From IMG/VR virus record IMGVR_UViG_3300045988_040880: DNA of 50,103 bases, one strand, 5' to 3'. This document shows positions 39,556 through 48,795 of this stretch, in pieces. How positions within the stretch are numbered: the first letter of the stretch is position 1; each line of letters begins with the position of its first letter. A model generated the notes under the pieces. It saw nothing but the letters and a program-made list of their open reading frames with translations. It made no database searches and had not been told where the DNA came from. The DNA is from a virus. The translations under genes and the position numbers were made by a program.

Positions 39556-40467
39556 ATGAATGGAATTCAGAATGGCTACAAAGGAATTGGTGTAAGCATT
39601 ATTGGCTACACAAAGCATCCTGCAAAGGTAATGTGGGATATGCTTAAGCAGACATGGATTGAGCTGCAGAATATTGAGTATGACCCGAATCTTCCTATCG
39701 TAAGGGAGTTCATTACCGGTTCGCTTGAGAGACGTCTTAATCCTACACCTCAGGAGACTGTTATGATTCAGGCAGTTTTCCATAATATTTCTCGTGTTAA
39801 CCTTGCTCAGCTTACGCGTCATCGTGGTTGGTTGTTCCAGGTTGAATCTCAGATGCCTCAGCATGTTAAGCATAATGTGGTGCTTCCTCTGAACATCGTT
39901 CAGTCTGAGTTTTATGAGAGAGCTGTTAAGCTTATCGAGGAATCTCAGAAACTGTATGATGATATGACCAGAGGAAATGATGATGGCAGAGACCATACGG
40001 TTATTCCTTATCAGGATGCACGTTATCTGTTGATGCATGGTCAGACGTGTGATGCTTCTTGTTCTTTCACTCTTCCTCAGCTGGTGAATGTTTGTGGTCA
40101 GAGACTTGAGAACAACACAGCTGATGAAATCAACTACGCATTCAGACACTTGCTTAAGGAGCTCAAAAAGGCAATTGTCCTTGATACCGAAATGGACGAG
40201 CTCGATAAGATGGTGTATGAAGTGAATCTCGGTAGATGTGATGCTTTTGGTGCAAATCAGAAGAAGTGCTTTACTGGTGATGATGTGTTTGGTAACAGCT
40301 TCAAGAGATTCCCTGATGGCAATCCTAACGTAACTAAGGTTACTGAGAATTGTAAGTTCGATTACTCCAAGTCTGCTTGGTATGCTGAGCTTAAGAGAAT
40401 CTATGATGAAGAGCCTGAGCTTCTGCTTGATGGTGAAAGAGAAATGATTGAGTCCTGGGAGGATTAA
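39556..40467 (+). CDS. ThyX-like flavin-dependent thymidylate synthase family protein (divergent signature)
   Basis: 'VFHNISRVNLAQLTRHRGWLFQVESQM' and 'YQDARYLLMHGQ...LVNVCGQRLENNTADEINYAF'. The canonical RHRxxSxxxxSxR is only partly kept. Confidence 0.6.
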   Translation: MNGIQNGYKGIGVSIIGYTKHPAKVMWDMLKQTWIELQNIEYDPNLPIVREFITGSLERRLNPTPQETVMIQAVFHNISRVNLAQLTRHRGWLFQVESQMPQHVKHNVVLPLNIVQSEFYERAVKLIEESQKLYDDMTRGNDDGRDHTVIPYQDARYLLMHGQTCDASCSFTLPQLVNVCGQRLENNTADEINYAFRHLLKELKKAIVLDTEMDELDKMVYEVNLGRCDAFGANQKKCFTGDDVFGNSFKRFPDGNPNVTKVTENCKFDYSKSAWYAELKRIYDEEPELLLDGEREMIESWED

Positions 40468-40469
40468 CT

Positions 40470-40907
40470 ATGTGGGTGATTTTTGAAGGCTTGGATAAAG
40501 CTGGTAAAGGTACCCTCGAATGGGAATTTCTTAAGGCTACAAACTTCAAGCACATGGTGATTGACAGAGGCCCTATGGGGTACATGACTTTTGATAAGCT
40601 GTTCAATCGTGAGACAAAGCTTGGCAATCAGGACTTCATTCATCAAGCTCGTAAGATTAGCAAGAATCAGGACTTCATGATTGTGTACTGTTATGCATCT
40701 GAAGATGTTGTGGCAAAACGTCTCAAGGAACATAATGAGGAATGTCCATATAATTATGGCAAAGCTCAGAAACTTCTGAGAGACAACATCAAACGATTCT
40801 ATAGTCAGGATAAGGTCATTGAGATTGATACATCGAATATGACGCCTGCTGAGTGTGTTGAACTGATTGTTGAAAAGCTTAAGGAGGTAAACAGAGGTGA
40901 ATTGTAA
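40470..40907 (+). CDS. dNMP (thymidylate-type) kinase
   Basis: P-loop 'FEGLDKAGKGT'. About 145 aa. Confidence 0.6.
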   Translation: MWVIFEGLDKAGKGTLEWEFLKATNFKHMVIDRGPMGYMTFDKLFNRETKLGNQDFIHQARKISKNQDFMIVYCYASEDVVAKRLKEHNEECPYNYGKAQKLLRDNIKRFYSQDKVIEIDTSNMTPAECVELIVEKLKEVNRGEL

Positions 40908-41664
40908 GAACGCAAACCGAGAAAAAGGTTTTGATCGATTCTCTGAATGTAACTACAATTTGCACTGGAGCTTTTCAAACTTTAATAGAATTCTTATGGT
41001 GGCTGGGCACATCGCCCAGCTGCCTACAGATTCAAGAGTATTGGAACTTGGTGCAGGTTCAAGTGACCTTGAGAATGTGGTTAAGAAAAACTTCAAACGT
41101 GACGATATTAAGTTCATGAGAGTTGATGGTGATAGACGATACGAATCTGATGCAAAGATTACCGTATCAGACATTACATCGGAAGAGTTCAATAACTTCT
41201 GCACAAAGCAAAGACCATTTGACGCTATTGTGTTCATGGAAGTGGTTGAGCATTTGGATAAGAAAATTGTTCCACTCATGTTTGAGAGGATTGCAAACTG
41301 GTTGGTACCGGAAGGAATGTTGTTGTTCACTACACCAACACCTCCTGATGAAGGTGCTTTCGAAGATAGAGTTTGGCCTGATGACCACGATTCAGAGTTT
41401 ACATTCTCTGAGATTTATGGTATAATCAATAAAGGGTTCAAAATCAATAAGGAACTTGGTTGGAGCCTTGAAGAACGTGAGTACAATAAGCTACTTGAGT
41501 CTGACCCAGTTTTGAGTGTCATGGCATCAAAGCTCAGAGGAGCATTTCCTGAAAGTTATGTAAGAGCTACGATTGCTTGTTTGTCTCCTGTTCAAGCTAA
41601 TCGACAAGTATTTTTTGTATGTAAGAAAAGGAGAGCTGCAAATGGTAGATTTACACAGACATGA
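40897..41664 (+). CDS. Class I SAM-dependent methyltransferase (substrate unknown)
   Basis: Motif I 'VLELGAGSSD' and 'FDAIVFMEVVEHL'. GTG start. Confidence 0.65.
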   Translation: MNCKNANREKGFDRFSECNYNLHWSFSNFNRILMVAGHIAQLPTDSRVLELGAGSSDLENVVKKNFKRDDIKFMRVDGDRRYESDAKITVSDITSEEFNNFCTKQRPFDAIVFMEVVEHLDKKIVPLMFERIANWLVPEGMLLFTTPTPPDEGAFEDRVWPDDHDSEFTFSEIYGIINKGFKINKELGWSLEEREYNKLLESDPVLSVMASKLRGAFPESYVRATIACLSPVQANRQVFFVCKKRRAANGRFTQT

Positions 41665-44338
41665 TGAGTGTTCGACATTTGATGGTTTTGGAAAACCTGA
41701 AGAACTTGCAGCCCTGGCCAAACAGCTGGGGCATACAAGCTTAGGCACATCAAATCATGGTAATACAAACGGATTGGTAAGACATTACTATGCATGTAAA
41801 GAGGAAGGCATCAAGCCTATCATGGGATGTGAAGGATATTTCTTGCCGAAGTATAAACCTCAGACACGAGGCTACCACTTATGTTTGTTTGCCAAAGACC
41901 GTCAAGGTTACACTAACCTGAATACACTTCAGTATGAGGGTGAGAAAATCAAATACTATAATCCGCTCTGGACATTTGAGCTTTTGGAACAGTATCATGA
42001 GGGACTTATTTGTACGAGTGCTTGTGTTGCTGGTTATCTTGCTCAGTGTATTAAGGAAGGCAAGTTAAGCCAAGCGGAGAAGTTCTTAAATAAGATGGTT
42101 GAAATCTTTGGTGATGACTTCTATATTGAGATTCAGCCATATTCAATCACTGAGCCTGGACTTCAGGAAAAGGTGAATGTTGCATCAATTAAGTTGGCAA
42201 AGAAGTTAGGCATCAAGTGCATCTTGACTTCCGATTCGCATAGAGGTGCTAAGGAAGATTTTGATACTTATATGAAAATGCATGAGGTTGCTAAACACAA
42301 CTTTGAAGACATTGAGGCAACGTATAAAGAACGTTACATGCCTACTGAAAAGGAAATCATGCAGCGATTCTATAAGATGCACAAAGGTGACTTTGGTGAA
42401 GATAAAGCTAAAGCACTGGCAAAAGAGATGATTAGGAATCTTCAGGAGATTGAGGACAAGGTTGATGGTGATATTCTTGACCAGTTGGAACTTAAGCTTC
42501 CTCAGTTTGACCCTGAAAGAGATTCATTTGAGTTACTTAAGGAAAAGATTAAAGCAGGTCTTAAGAGACGTGGCAAGTGGAATAAGCAGTATGCAGCACG
42601 AATTAAGGAAGAGCTTGAGGTTATCAAGTATCATGGTTTTGAAGACTACTTCTTGATGGTTGCTGATTATACCAACTGGGCTAAGGACCAAGGAATCTAT
42701 GTAGGCCCTGGTCGTGGTTCAGGTTGCAACTGCTTGGTGAACTATGCTTTAAGAATCACTGATGTTGACCCGATTCTGTTTGACCTTGACTTTAGCCGAT
42801 TCCTTCGTATCGATAAGAAAAAGATGCCTGATATTGACCTTGACTTTGAGACATCTCGTAGAGCTGAGGTTATCGAGTATCTGCTTAGACGATACCCAAA
42901 CAATGCAGCTCAGATTTGTTCTTATGGTTTGTATCGTGTTGACAACCTCATCAATGACCTTGCAAAGGTTTGTGGATTGGAAGGTAACAAAGATGAGATT
43001 AAGCAAATCAAGACTTTCATCAATAGTCATATCAATGAAGGTTTGCTTGACCTTGATGCAGTTGCTAAATCTGCAGAAGCAAGAATGTGGAATGCTCAGT
43101 ACGATAATATCATTAAGCACTTCTGTAAGCTGTACAACAAAATCAGATACATCGGTACTCATGCTGCTGGTGTTGCTATTACTGGTGGCAACATTCTGGA
43201 TTATACAGCCGTTCGTATTGATTCAAAGACCGGTAAGCATTTCACAAACTATGACCTGAACGATATGGAGAAGATTAAGGTTATTAAGTTCGATATTCTT
43301 GGTCTTACTACAATGTCAAGTATTGGTGAGCTTAGACAGCTTACAGGTCATGATGAGTTTGATGAAGACTGGGTAAATGATGAGAAAATCATGCAAGCAT
43401 TCTGTGAAGGCAATTGCGATGGTGTATTCCAGTTTGAAAAGAAATCGGTGCAGGATATGCTTAAGGTAATTCAAGCCGATTGCTTTGAAGATGTAATTGC
43501 AGCATCTGCTATGAACAGACCTGGACCACTTAGTTTGAAGATGCCTGAAATCTATGCAGCCAATAAGGTTGACCAAGCTCATATTGATAAGTCACTTCCT
43601 TATAGCAAATATTTGGAAAAGACTTATGGATGTGTGGTGTATCAGGAACAGGTACAAGCTATTGCAGTTAACATTGGCGGGTTGGAATGGCCTGAGGCCG
43701 ATAAGATTTTGAAGATGCAACGTGGTGGTACTGAAAAGGCAATCAGAAACTTCGAGGAATCCTATGATGTGTTTGTTAAGAAGTTCGTTGCTGGTGCTAA
43801 GCGATTCGGTATGACTAAAGAACAGGCATTCGAAATCTTTGATAAGTTCTTCAACTACGCATTCAACAAAGGACATGCTACTGGCTACAGTCTAATCTCT
43901 GTGGAAGAGATGCACTATAAGATTTACTACCCGACAGAATTCTGGTATGTGAAGATGAAGTACAGTGGTGATGAAGCTAAGATGGCAAAGTTTAAGGAAA
44001 ATGCAGTAAAGGACAATGCGGTTCTGTTCTTGCCACATGTTAACTACTCAGCAGATTATACGCTTCGCAAGGTTGAAGGTGAAGTGGTAATTCAGGAAGG
44101 CTTAAGCTCAATCAAAGGCATTGGTGAAAAGGCCGCTGCTGCGATTGAGGCTGAACGAAAAGCAAATGGTGTGTTTAGAAGCTATGATGACTTCTATGAT
44201 AGATGCAAGTCAAGGACTGTCACATCAAGAGTCATTCAGATTCTGAAAGAGCAAGGTGCTTTGGAGTTCAACAAAAAGACATACGTCAGTCGTGTGACTA
44301 AATACAACAGCACGTTGTACGCAAAATCAAATCAGTAA
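41642..44338 (+). CDS. dnaE: DNA polymerase III alpha subunit (PHP plus polymerase core)
   Basis: ATG 41642 with an AAGGAGAG RBS. 'VDLHRHDECSTFDG', 'GPGRGSGCNCLVNYALRITDVDP', 'MPDIDLDF', 'GVFQFE'. Confidence 0.9.
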   Translation: MVDLHRHDECSTFDGFGKPEELAALAKQLGHTSLGTSNHGNTNGLVRHYYACKEEGIKPIMGCEGYFLPKYKPQTRGYHLCLFAKDRQGYTNLNTLQYEGEKIKYYNPLWTFELLEQYHEGLICTSACVAGYLAQCIKEGKLSQAEKFLNKMVEIFGDDFYIEIQPYSITEPGLQEKVNVASIKLAKKLGIKCILTSDSHRGAKEDFDTYMKMHEVAKHNFEDIEATYKERYMPTEKEIMQRFYKMHKGDFGEDKAKALAKEMIRNLQEIEDKVDGDILDQLELKLPQFDPERDSFELLKEKIKAGLKRRGKWNKQYAARIKEELEVIKYHGFEDYFLMVADYTNWAKDQGIYVGPGRGSGCNCLVNYALRITDVDPILFDLDFSRFLRIDKKKMPDIDLDFETSRRAEVIEYLLRRYPNNAAQICSYGLYRVDNLINDLAKVCGLEGNKDEIKQIKTFINSHINEGLLDLDAVAKSAEARMWNAQYDNIIKHFCKLYNKIRYIGTHAAGVAITGGNILDYTAVRIDSKTGKHFTNYDLNDMEKIKVIKFDILGLTTMSSIGELRQLTGHDEFDEDWVNDEKIMQAFCEGNCDGVFQFEKKSVQDMLKVIQADCFEDVIAASAMNRPGPLSLKMPEIYAANKVDQAHIDKSLPYSKYLEKTYGCVVYQEQVQAIAVNIGGLEWPEADKILKMQRGGTEKAIRNFEESYDVFVKKFVAGAKRFGMTKEQAFEIFDKFFNYAFNKGHATGYSLISVEEMHYKIYYPTEFWYVKMKYSGDEAKMAKFKENAVKDNAVLFLPHVNYSADYTLRKVEGEVVIQEGLSSIKGIGEKAAAAIEAERKANGVFRSYDDFYDRCKSRTVTSRVIQILKEQGALEFNKKTYVSRVTKYNSTLYAKSNQ

Positions 44339-44344
44339 AAGTTC

Positions 44345-44411
44345 ATTTAGGGTATGTACAAACTTAGAAAAGTATGGTATAATATAATTAAGGGATGTAC
44401 ATACCCTAAAT
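44345..44411. promoter_or_regulatory. Perfect 16-bp inverted repeat (44345-44360 and 44396-44411) bracketing promoter P7
   Basis: The reverse complement of atttagggtatgtaca equals tgtacataccctaaat. The left arm contains the -35 hexamer. Confidence 0.85.
44355..44383 (+). promoter_or_regulatory. Promoter P7: TGTACA-N17-TATAAT
   Basis: TGTACA at 44355-44360 and TGGTATAAT ending at 44383. Confidence 0.75.
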
Positions 44412-44432
44412 TTGTTAAGGAGGAAATTGCCT

Positions 44433-44552
44433 ATGTATGTGAATCCATTTTGGGCAGGAGTTGCAACAACGATTATTGTTGAGGTTGTAATTCTTGTAGC
44501 AGCAGTAGCAATCAGTATGCACAACGATAAAAAGAAAAACGGAGGAAAGTAA
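44433..44552 (+). CDS. Small membrane protein (39 aa)
   Basis: AAGGAGGA RBS. 'FWAGVATTIIVEVVILVAAVAISM' TM segment followed by a KKK tail. Below the ORF-track cutoff. Confidence 0.55.
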   Translation: MYVNPFWAGVATTIIVEVVILVAAVAISMHNDKKKNGGK

Positions 44553-44553
44553 A

Positions 44554-44823
44554 ATGGCAAACATGATTGAGAAATTCAAAGAGAACAAGAAGGTAATGAT
44601 GATTAAGATGGACCAGGCAAATAAGATGGCAGATGAAGCTGCCGAAGAGTTCATCAGTACACTTAAGCCCCTTGTTGAAAGTGCTTCAGAGGAAGACCTT
44701 AAGACGTTTCTTCAGGCTGATGATGAGCTTATTGAAAGCGAAGACAAACTGGCCATTATTGCAGCCTATGCAGAAACGCATGACGATGTTGGTGGTATTG
44801 CTATCATCGGTATTCGTAAATAA
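44554..44823 (+). CDS. Hypothetical acidic protein
   Basis: ORF with a GGAGGAAAG RBS. Confidence 0.55.
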   Translation: MANMIEKFKENKKVMMIKMDQANKMADEAAEEFISTLKPLVESASEEDLKTFLQADDELIESEDKLAIIAAYAETHDDVGGIAIIGIRK

Positions 44824-44903
44824 ATTCTATAGATGAGAATGAAAATGGAGGGCGGTCACAGGTTGGCCGTCCCATCCAAGTAATTCAAGGAGGTACAGCC
44901 GTT

Positions 44904-45851
44904 ATGGCAAAGACAAACAAAGAAGCTATCATAAAGCTTTGCAACGACATTAACAAAAAGGAAGGTAAAGGTGCGGTATACTCAATTGGTAGTGAGCACG
45001 CAAACCTCAAAATCAATCGTTGGTCTACAGGCATTGAGGATTTAGATGCCATCATTGGTGGTGGAATGCCTGAAGGTCGAGTGGTTGAAATCTTTGGTCC
45101 TGAAAGTTCAGGCAAAACGACTCTGCTTTATCATTTGTGTGGATTGCATCCTATGTGTTTGGATATTCCTATTGAGGGAACATTCGATGCAGAAAGAGCA
45201 AAGGTCTTTGGAAACAGACCAAAACAAATGCTGATTTATCGTGCCAAGTATGGTGAGGATGCTTTCAATAAAACGATTCAGTTTGCAAAAGCAGGAATCC
45301 CTCTTATTGGTATTGATAGTGTGCCGAGTATGGTACCAAAGGAAGATGCTGAAAAGGTTCTTAAGTCTGCCGAAAAGGATTCCATTGAGGAACAGCGTAT
45401 TGGTGGTACTGCAAGACTGATGAATAAGTATCTGCCTACAATTGAGGAAATCATTGAAGTGACTGGCACAACACTTATCTTCATCAATCAGGTAAGGGAT
45501 AAGATGAATGCCATGATGTTTGGTGAGAAAACAGACACACCTGGTGGACGTAAGCTTAAGCATGCATGTTCACTTCGTATTCAGGTGGCAAGAAAAGGTT
45601 GGATTGAGATTCCGAATAAGAATCCATACAATTCAGCTACAACCGAGAAAATTGGTTTGATTATGAAGTGCAAGGTAGTCAAATCAAAGGTAAGTAACCC
45701 GATGGGGGAATGCGAAATCCCATTGTTCTTTGACAGAGGTTTTGTAAGTTTTGATGATGTTCAGTCTATTCGAAAGGAAATCATGGCACAAAGAGCTCAA
45801 CAGTTTGGTAAGCGTATTCCGAAAGAGTTCTTAGAGGATGACGACGAATGA
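44904..45851 (+). CDS. RecA-family recombinase / ATPase
   Basis: Walker A 'GPESSGKTTL', 'LIGIDSVPSM' Walker B, and 'IFINQVRDKM'. Confidence 0.75.
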   Translation: MAKTNKEAIIKLCNDINKKEGKGAVYSIGSEHANLKINRWSTGIEDLDAIIGGGMPEGRVVEIFGPESSGKTTLLYHLCGLHPMCLDIPIEGTFDAERAKVFGNRPKQMLIYRAKYGEDAFNKTIQFAKAGIPLIGIDSVPSMVPKEDAEKVLKSAEKDSIEEQRIGGTARLMNKYLPTIEEIIEVTGTTLIFINQVRDKMNAMMFGEKTDTPGGRKLKHACSLRIQVARKGWIEIPNKNPYNSATTEKIGLIMKCKVVKSKVSNPMGECEIPLFFDRGFVSFDDVQSIRKEIMAQRAQQFGKRIPKEFLEDDDE

Positions 45852-46090
45852 TTAAGTGTAAAGTTTGTGGATGTGAATTCACACCGGTAATTGATAAACA
45901 CTACATTGCAAGAGATAATGGTGAATCTGGAATCTCAACCGCTTTTAAGCATGTTGAAGGAAACACCTATGATGCATTTGATTGTCCTGCATGTGGGTGT
46001 CAGATAATCGCTCAGGAACGTAAACGAGTTTATATTGATGTTTGTATTGCAGAGGAGGTGGATGATGATGTCGAAGAATCAGACGACTAA
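45848..46090 (+). CDS. Zinc-ribbon protein
   Basis: 'CKVCGC' ... 'CPACGC'. ATGA overlap. Confidence 0.55.
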   Translation: MIKCKVCGCEFTPVIDKHYIARDNGESGISTAFKHVEGNTYDAFDCPACGCQIIAQERKRVYIDVCIAEEVDDDVEESDD

Positions 46091-46328
46091 TCCAAGTCAT
46101 GACCCTGTCAATCATCCTTCGCATTACACTCAGAATAAGTTTGAGTCAATCGATGAAATGATGATTGCATTTGGTCCTGAAGCCGTTTATCACTTCTGCA
46201 TTTGTAATGCTTGGAAGTATAAGAATAGAGCTCCATTCAAAGGTAACTTTGAAGAGGATATGAAGAAGGCCGATTGGTACCTCACCAAAGCTAAGGAGAT
46301 TAAGGGGGGGAACTTATGGCAAGAATAA
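46062..46328 (+). CDS. DUF3310-like protein
   Basis: ATG 46062 with a GAGGAGG RBS. 'VNHPSHYT...IE..D...A....E....F...NAWKYKNRA..KG'. Confidence 0.55.
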   Translation: MMMSKNQTTNPSHDPVNHPSHYTQNKFESIDEMMIAFGPEAVYHFCICNAWKYKNRAPFKGNFEEDMKKADWYLTKAKEIKGGNLWQE

Positions 46329-46777
46329 CAAAAGACGAGTATTACCTTGGCATAGCTCTTGCAGTTTCCAAACGCAGTACATGTATCAAACGTCATTATG
46401 GTTGTGTTATTGTTAAAGATGACATCATCATCGCAACCGGTTATAATGGTAGCCCAAGGGGCGAGGAAAACTGCTGTGACAGAGGTACATGTAAAAGAGC
46501 AAATGCTGAGAGGTATTCAGGATACGAAAGTTGTGATAGTGTTCATGCAGAACAGAACGCACTGATTGCCACAAGTCGAGAACGACTGATTGGTGCTACG
46601 GTTTACTTGGCATGTGAGGAATACGGATTGGATAAAGCAAAGTCCGATTTGTGGGACGAAGAGATTATTGGCTACTATGAAGACATGAATCCTGTTCCTT
46701 GTGGTATATGTGCTCGCATGCTTAAGAATGCAGGCATTGTACGAGTGGTGAACAGGAGGGGCGATGTATGTTTGTAA
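46316..46777 (+). CDS. dCMP deaminase
   Basis: 'HAEQNAL' and 'PCGICARML' zinc-binding motifs. Confidence 0.8.
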   Translation: MARITKDEYYLGIALAVSKRSTCIKRHYGCVIVKDDIIIATGYNGSPRGEENCCDRGTCKRANAERYSGYESCDSVHAEQNALIATSRERLIGATVYLACEEYGLDKAKSDLWDEEIIGYYEDMNPVPCGICARMLKNAGIVRVVNRRGDVCL

Positions 46778-47577
46778 TTGAAGTACCATATTTCAACCTC
46801 GACCAGATTTATGCCAGTGGTCAATGCCCAAGATGGATTAAGTTAAAGGAATCCAAGTATGTGATTCCATTCAGAGATAAGGCACTCAAGATTGAACAGC
46901 AACGTGACAAGTATGATTGGACACGATACCGTTTGATTATGAGTTGTACAGAAGATGACTTCTACAATGTATGGTTTAACTACCTGGATTTGAGAATGGA
47001 TTGCTTTGATGAGAACAGCAAAGTAAAGAGGCTTGGTGGTAAGTTCAAAGTTCCTGCCAATAGAGGCAATGGAATCCATATACTTCATCAGGACTATTTT
47101 GAGGCATACGTACTTGCTAAGCTCATTACATACGTTGGTTATGAAAAGGCAGCAATTGCTATGAATCACATTGCTGAAGTTTGTGGTGTTAAGCATAATC
47201 AATCGATGAGAGAGGCAGGTCGTATTACTTGGTATGAATGGCCTATACCTGAAATGATTCTTGAGCATCATCATAAGCTTGGCAAAATGGGTAAGATAAA
47301 CTCATGGCTCAAGAGATTATGTGAAGCAATAGTCAATGACGATTATGCTTACACTAAATCGGATGATGAGCTTTTCAGATTGTTTGGTATGCATGACACT
47401 ACGGTCTTTCCTTTGGTTGGCATTGAGGAAACATTGATGAAGAACTTTGGTGAGGAGCCGGAGGAATTTGCTGATTGGTACCTTGGTGACATTGAGAACA
47501 AAGGCTTGGTGTATATGTATATTGTGCATCATATTCTAAACAGACCAAAGGAGGTGACATCGTATGGGATTGGTTGA
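46768..47577 (+). CDS. OGG1/AlkA-like DNA glycosylase family protein (catalytic residues not confirmed)
   Basis: N-terminal 'FNLDQIYASGQCPRW' resembles the OGG N-domain 'SGQxFRW'. 'IHILHQDYFEAYVLAKLI' resembles the start of the HhH-GPD domain. Confidence 0.45.
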   Translation: MFVIEVPYFNLDQIYASGQCPRWIKLKESKYVIPFRDKALKIEQQRDKYDWTRYRLIMSCTEDDFYNVWFNYLDLRMDCFDENSKVKRLGGKFKVPANRGNGIHILHQDYFEAYVLAKLITYVGYEKAAIAMNHIAEVCGVKHNQSMREAGRITWYEWPIPEMILEHHHKLGKMGKINSWLKRLCEAIVNDDYAYTKSDDELFRLFGMHDTTVFPLVGIEETLMKNFGEEPEEFADWYLGDIENKGLVYMYIVHHILNRPKEVTSYGIG

Positions 47578-48436
47578 TAACATTAAAAAGGAAGCTCAAG
47601 GGAATCGCACAAAGATTCAGAGTTCTGATGCTGCAGCTCTTGAGAAAATCTTCAACAATATGTTCTACCTGCCTAAGAACATTCCTGAGGAAACAAAGTT
47701 CGTCAAGCAGGTAATGACAAGAGGTCTTGAATCCCAGGAACGAGTTGGTCTCCATGCATCTGCAATGCTTGTTGGTGATAAGGACTTCTGCTTAAGAGCT
47801 CAGGTATTGAGTTTGATTTATAAGCAGCTTCAAGGTCAGCAAACACAAGTTGGTCTGATGAGAATCTTTGAACAAGGTAATGCCATTCATGAGAAGTGGC
47901 AGAGGTTGCTTATTCGTGCTGGTTATGGTACAGCAAAGGATATGGACTACACAAGATATTGTGATGACTATATGCTTAGCTACACACCTGATATTGACTG
48001 TTCGATTCCTGAGTTCTTTGAAGGAAGAATGATTGGTGAGATTAAGTCAGTCAATACATACCAGTTTCAGAGGATGACCAAGCATCCATCGGCTTGGAAG
48101 CAGTGTCAGTGGTACATGCATCTCTGTATTAAGAAGGCAAAAGAGGAAGGAACCTGGAATGGTAAGGACTATACCAAAGGATTTGTTCTGAATGAGGATA
48201 AGAATACTCAAGAGTTCAAGCTTGAGGTGTACGATTATGAGCCTCCAAAGATTGAGCCTTTTGCCGGTAGAGCAGAATCTATCATGTTCCATTATGACCG
48301 TGTATTTGAAGAACATAAGATGGTTGCCAGACCCAAAGACGCAGGTAGCCCTACATGTAAGCGTTGCAAAGAATGTTTCATGAGGGAGGCTTGTTGGGGT
48401 ATCGGTAAAGGAAAGGTGCGTATCGATAATGGCTAA
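47564..48436 (+). CDS. PD-(D/E)XK exonuclease, Cas4/RecB-like, with C-terminal Cys cluster
   Basis: 'YTPDIDCS' ... 'GEIKSVN' nuclease core. 'CKRCKECFMREAC' plus the upstream 'FCLRAQ' cysteine. Confidence 0.65.
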   Translation: MGLVDNIKKEAQGNRTKIQSSDAAALEKIFNNMFYLPKNIPEETKFVKQVMTRGLESQERVGLHASAMLVGDKDFCLRAQVLSLIYKQLQGQQTQVGLMRIFEQGNAIHEKWQRLLIRAGYGTAKDMDYTRYCDDYMLSYTPDIDCSIPEFFEGRMIGEIKSVNTYQFQRMTKHPSAWKQCQWYMHLCIKKAKEEGTWNGKDYTKGFVLNEDKNTQEFKLEVYDYEPPKIEPFAGRAESIMFHYDRVFEEHKMVARPKDAGSPTCKRCKECFMREACWGIGKGKVRIDNG

Positions 48437-48653
48437 AGAAGTAGAACTTACTTGGGGTGAAATCTACAAAGACTTCTGTAATTGGAGTCCTGAACATGCT
48501 GCTATGGTAGTTGACTATAGACCTTGGGGTAGTACATCTATTGTGGTATGGCTCAATAATGGTCAGGCATATAAGTGTAAGCGTCATGCAGCAGACAGGT
48601 TCACTATGCAGATGGTGTCCGAAGAGGATATTAAGAAGAAATTCAATATATAA
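48429..48653 (+). CDS. Hypothetical protein
   Basis: ORF overlapping the upstream stop. Confidence 0.5.
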   Translation: MAKEVELTWGEIYKDFCNWSPEHAAMVVDYRPWGSTSIVVWLNNGQAYKCKRHAADRFTMQMVSEEDIKKKFNI

Positions 48654-48663
48654 ATTGATATTC

Positions 48664-48765
48664 CCAGAAGGTTCCAGAATTAACCAGATTGATTCAAATA
48701 TAAATAGGTATATAAATTACCATATAATAATTGGATTAAACCTGGGGACATTCTGGAATCCCTGG
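48664..48765. repeat. Composite element D: phased CCAGA array, AT-rich core, inverted array
   Basis: CCAGA at 48664, 48674, 48684. Core has tataaataggtatataaat. CTGG at 48742, 48753, 48762. Confidence 0.8.
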
Positions 48766-48795
48766 AATTAACCACATTTTAAGGAGGTATTTGTC

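Noticed and set aside
38965-40149. 394-aa minus-strand ORF, the longest antisense ORF in the window
   Set aside because: It lies fully antisense to the HD hydrolase and ThyX-like genes, which have clear motifs. It has no RBS and its composition is low-complexity and Leu/Ile/Asn-rich. Every supported gene is on the + strand. The same reasoning applies to minus-strand ORFs 1091..1894, 13456..14475, 15324..16022, 23190..23798 and 37317..38177.
44847-44877. GC-rich bulged hairpin GGAGGGCGG...CCGUCCCAUCC upstream of the RecA-like gene, considered as a terminator or small ribozyme (twister-like)
   Set aside because: There is no U-tract, so it is not a convincing intrinsic terminator. It also lacks the conserved twister, pistol or hatchet core strings that I can recall. 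It probably forms a structure, but I cannot assign a class.
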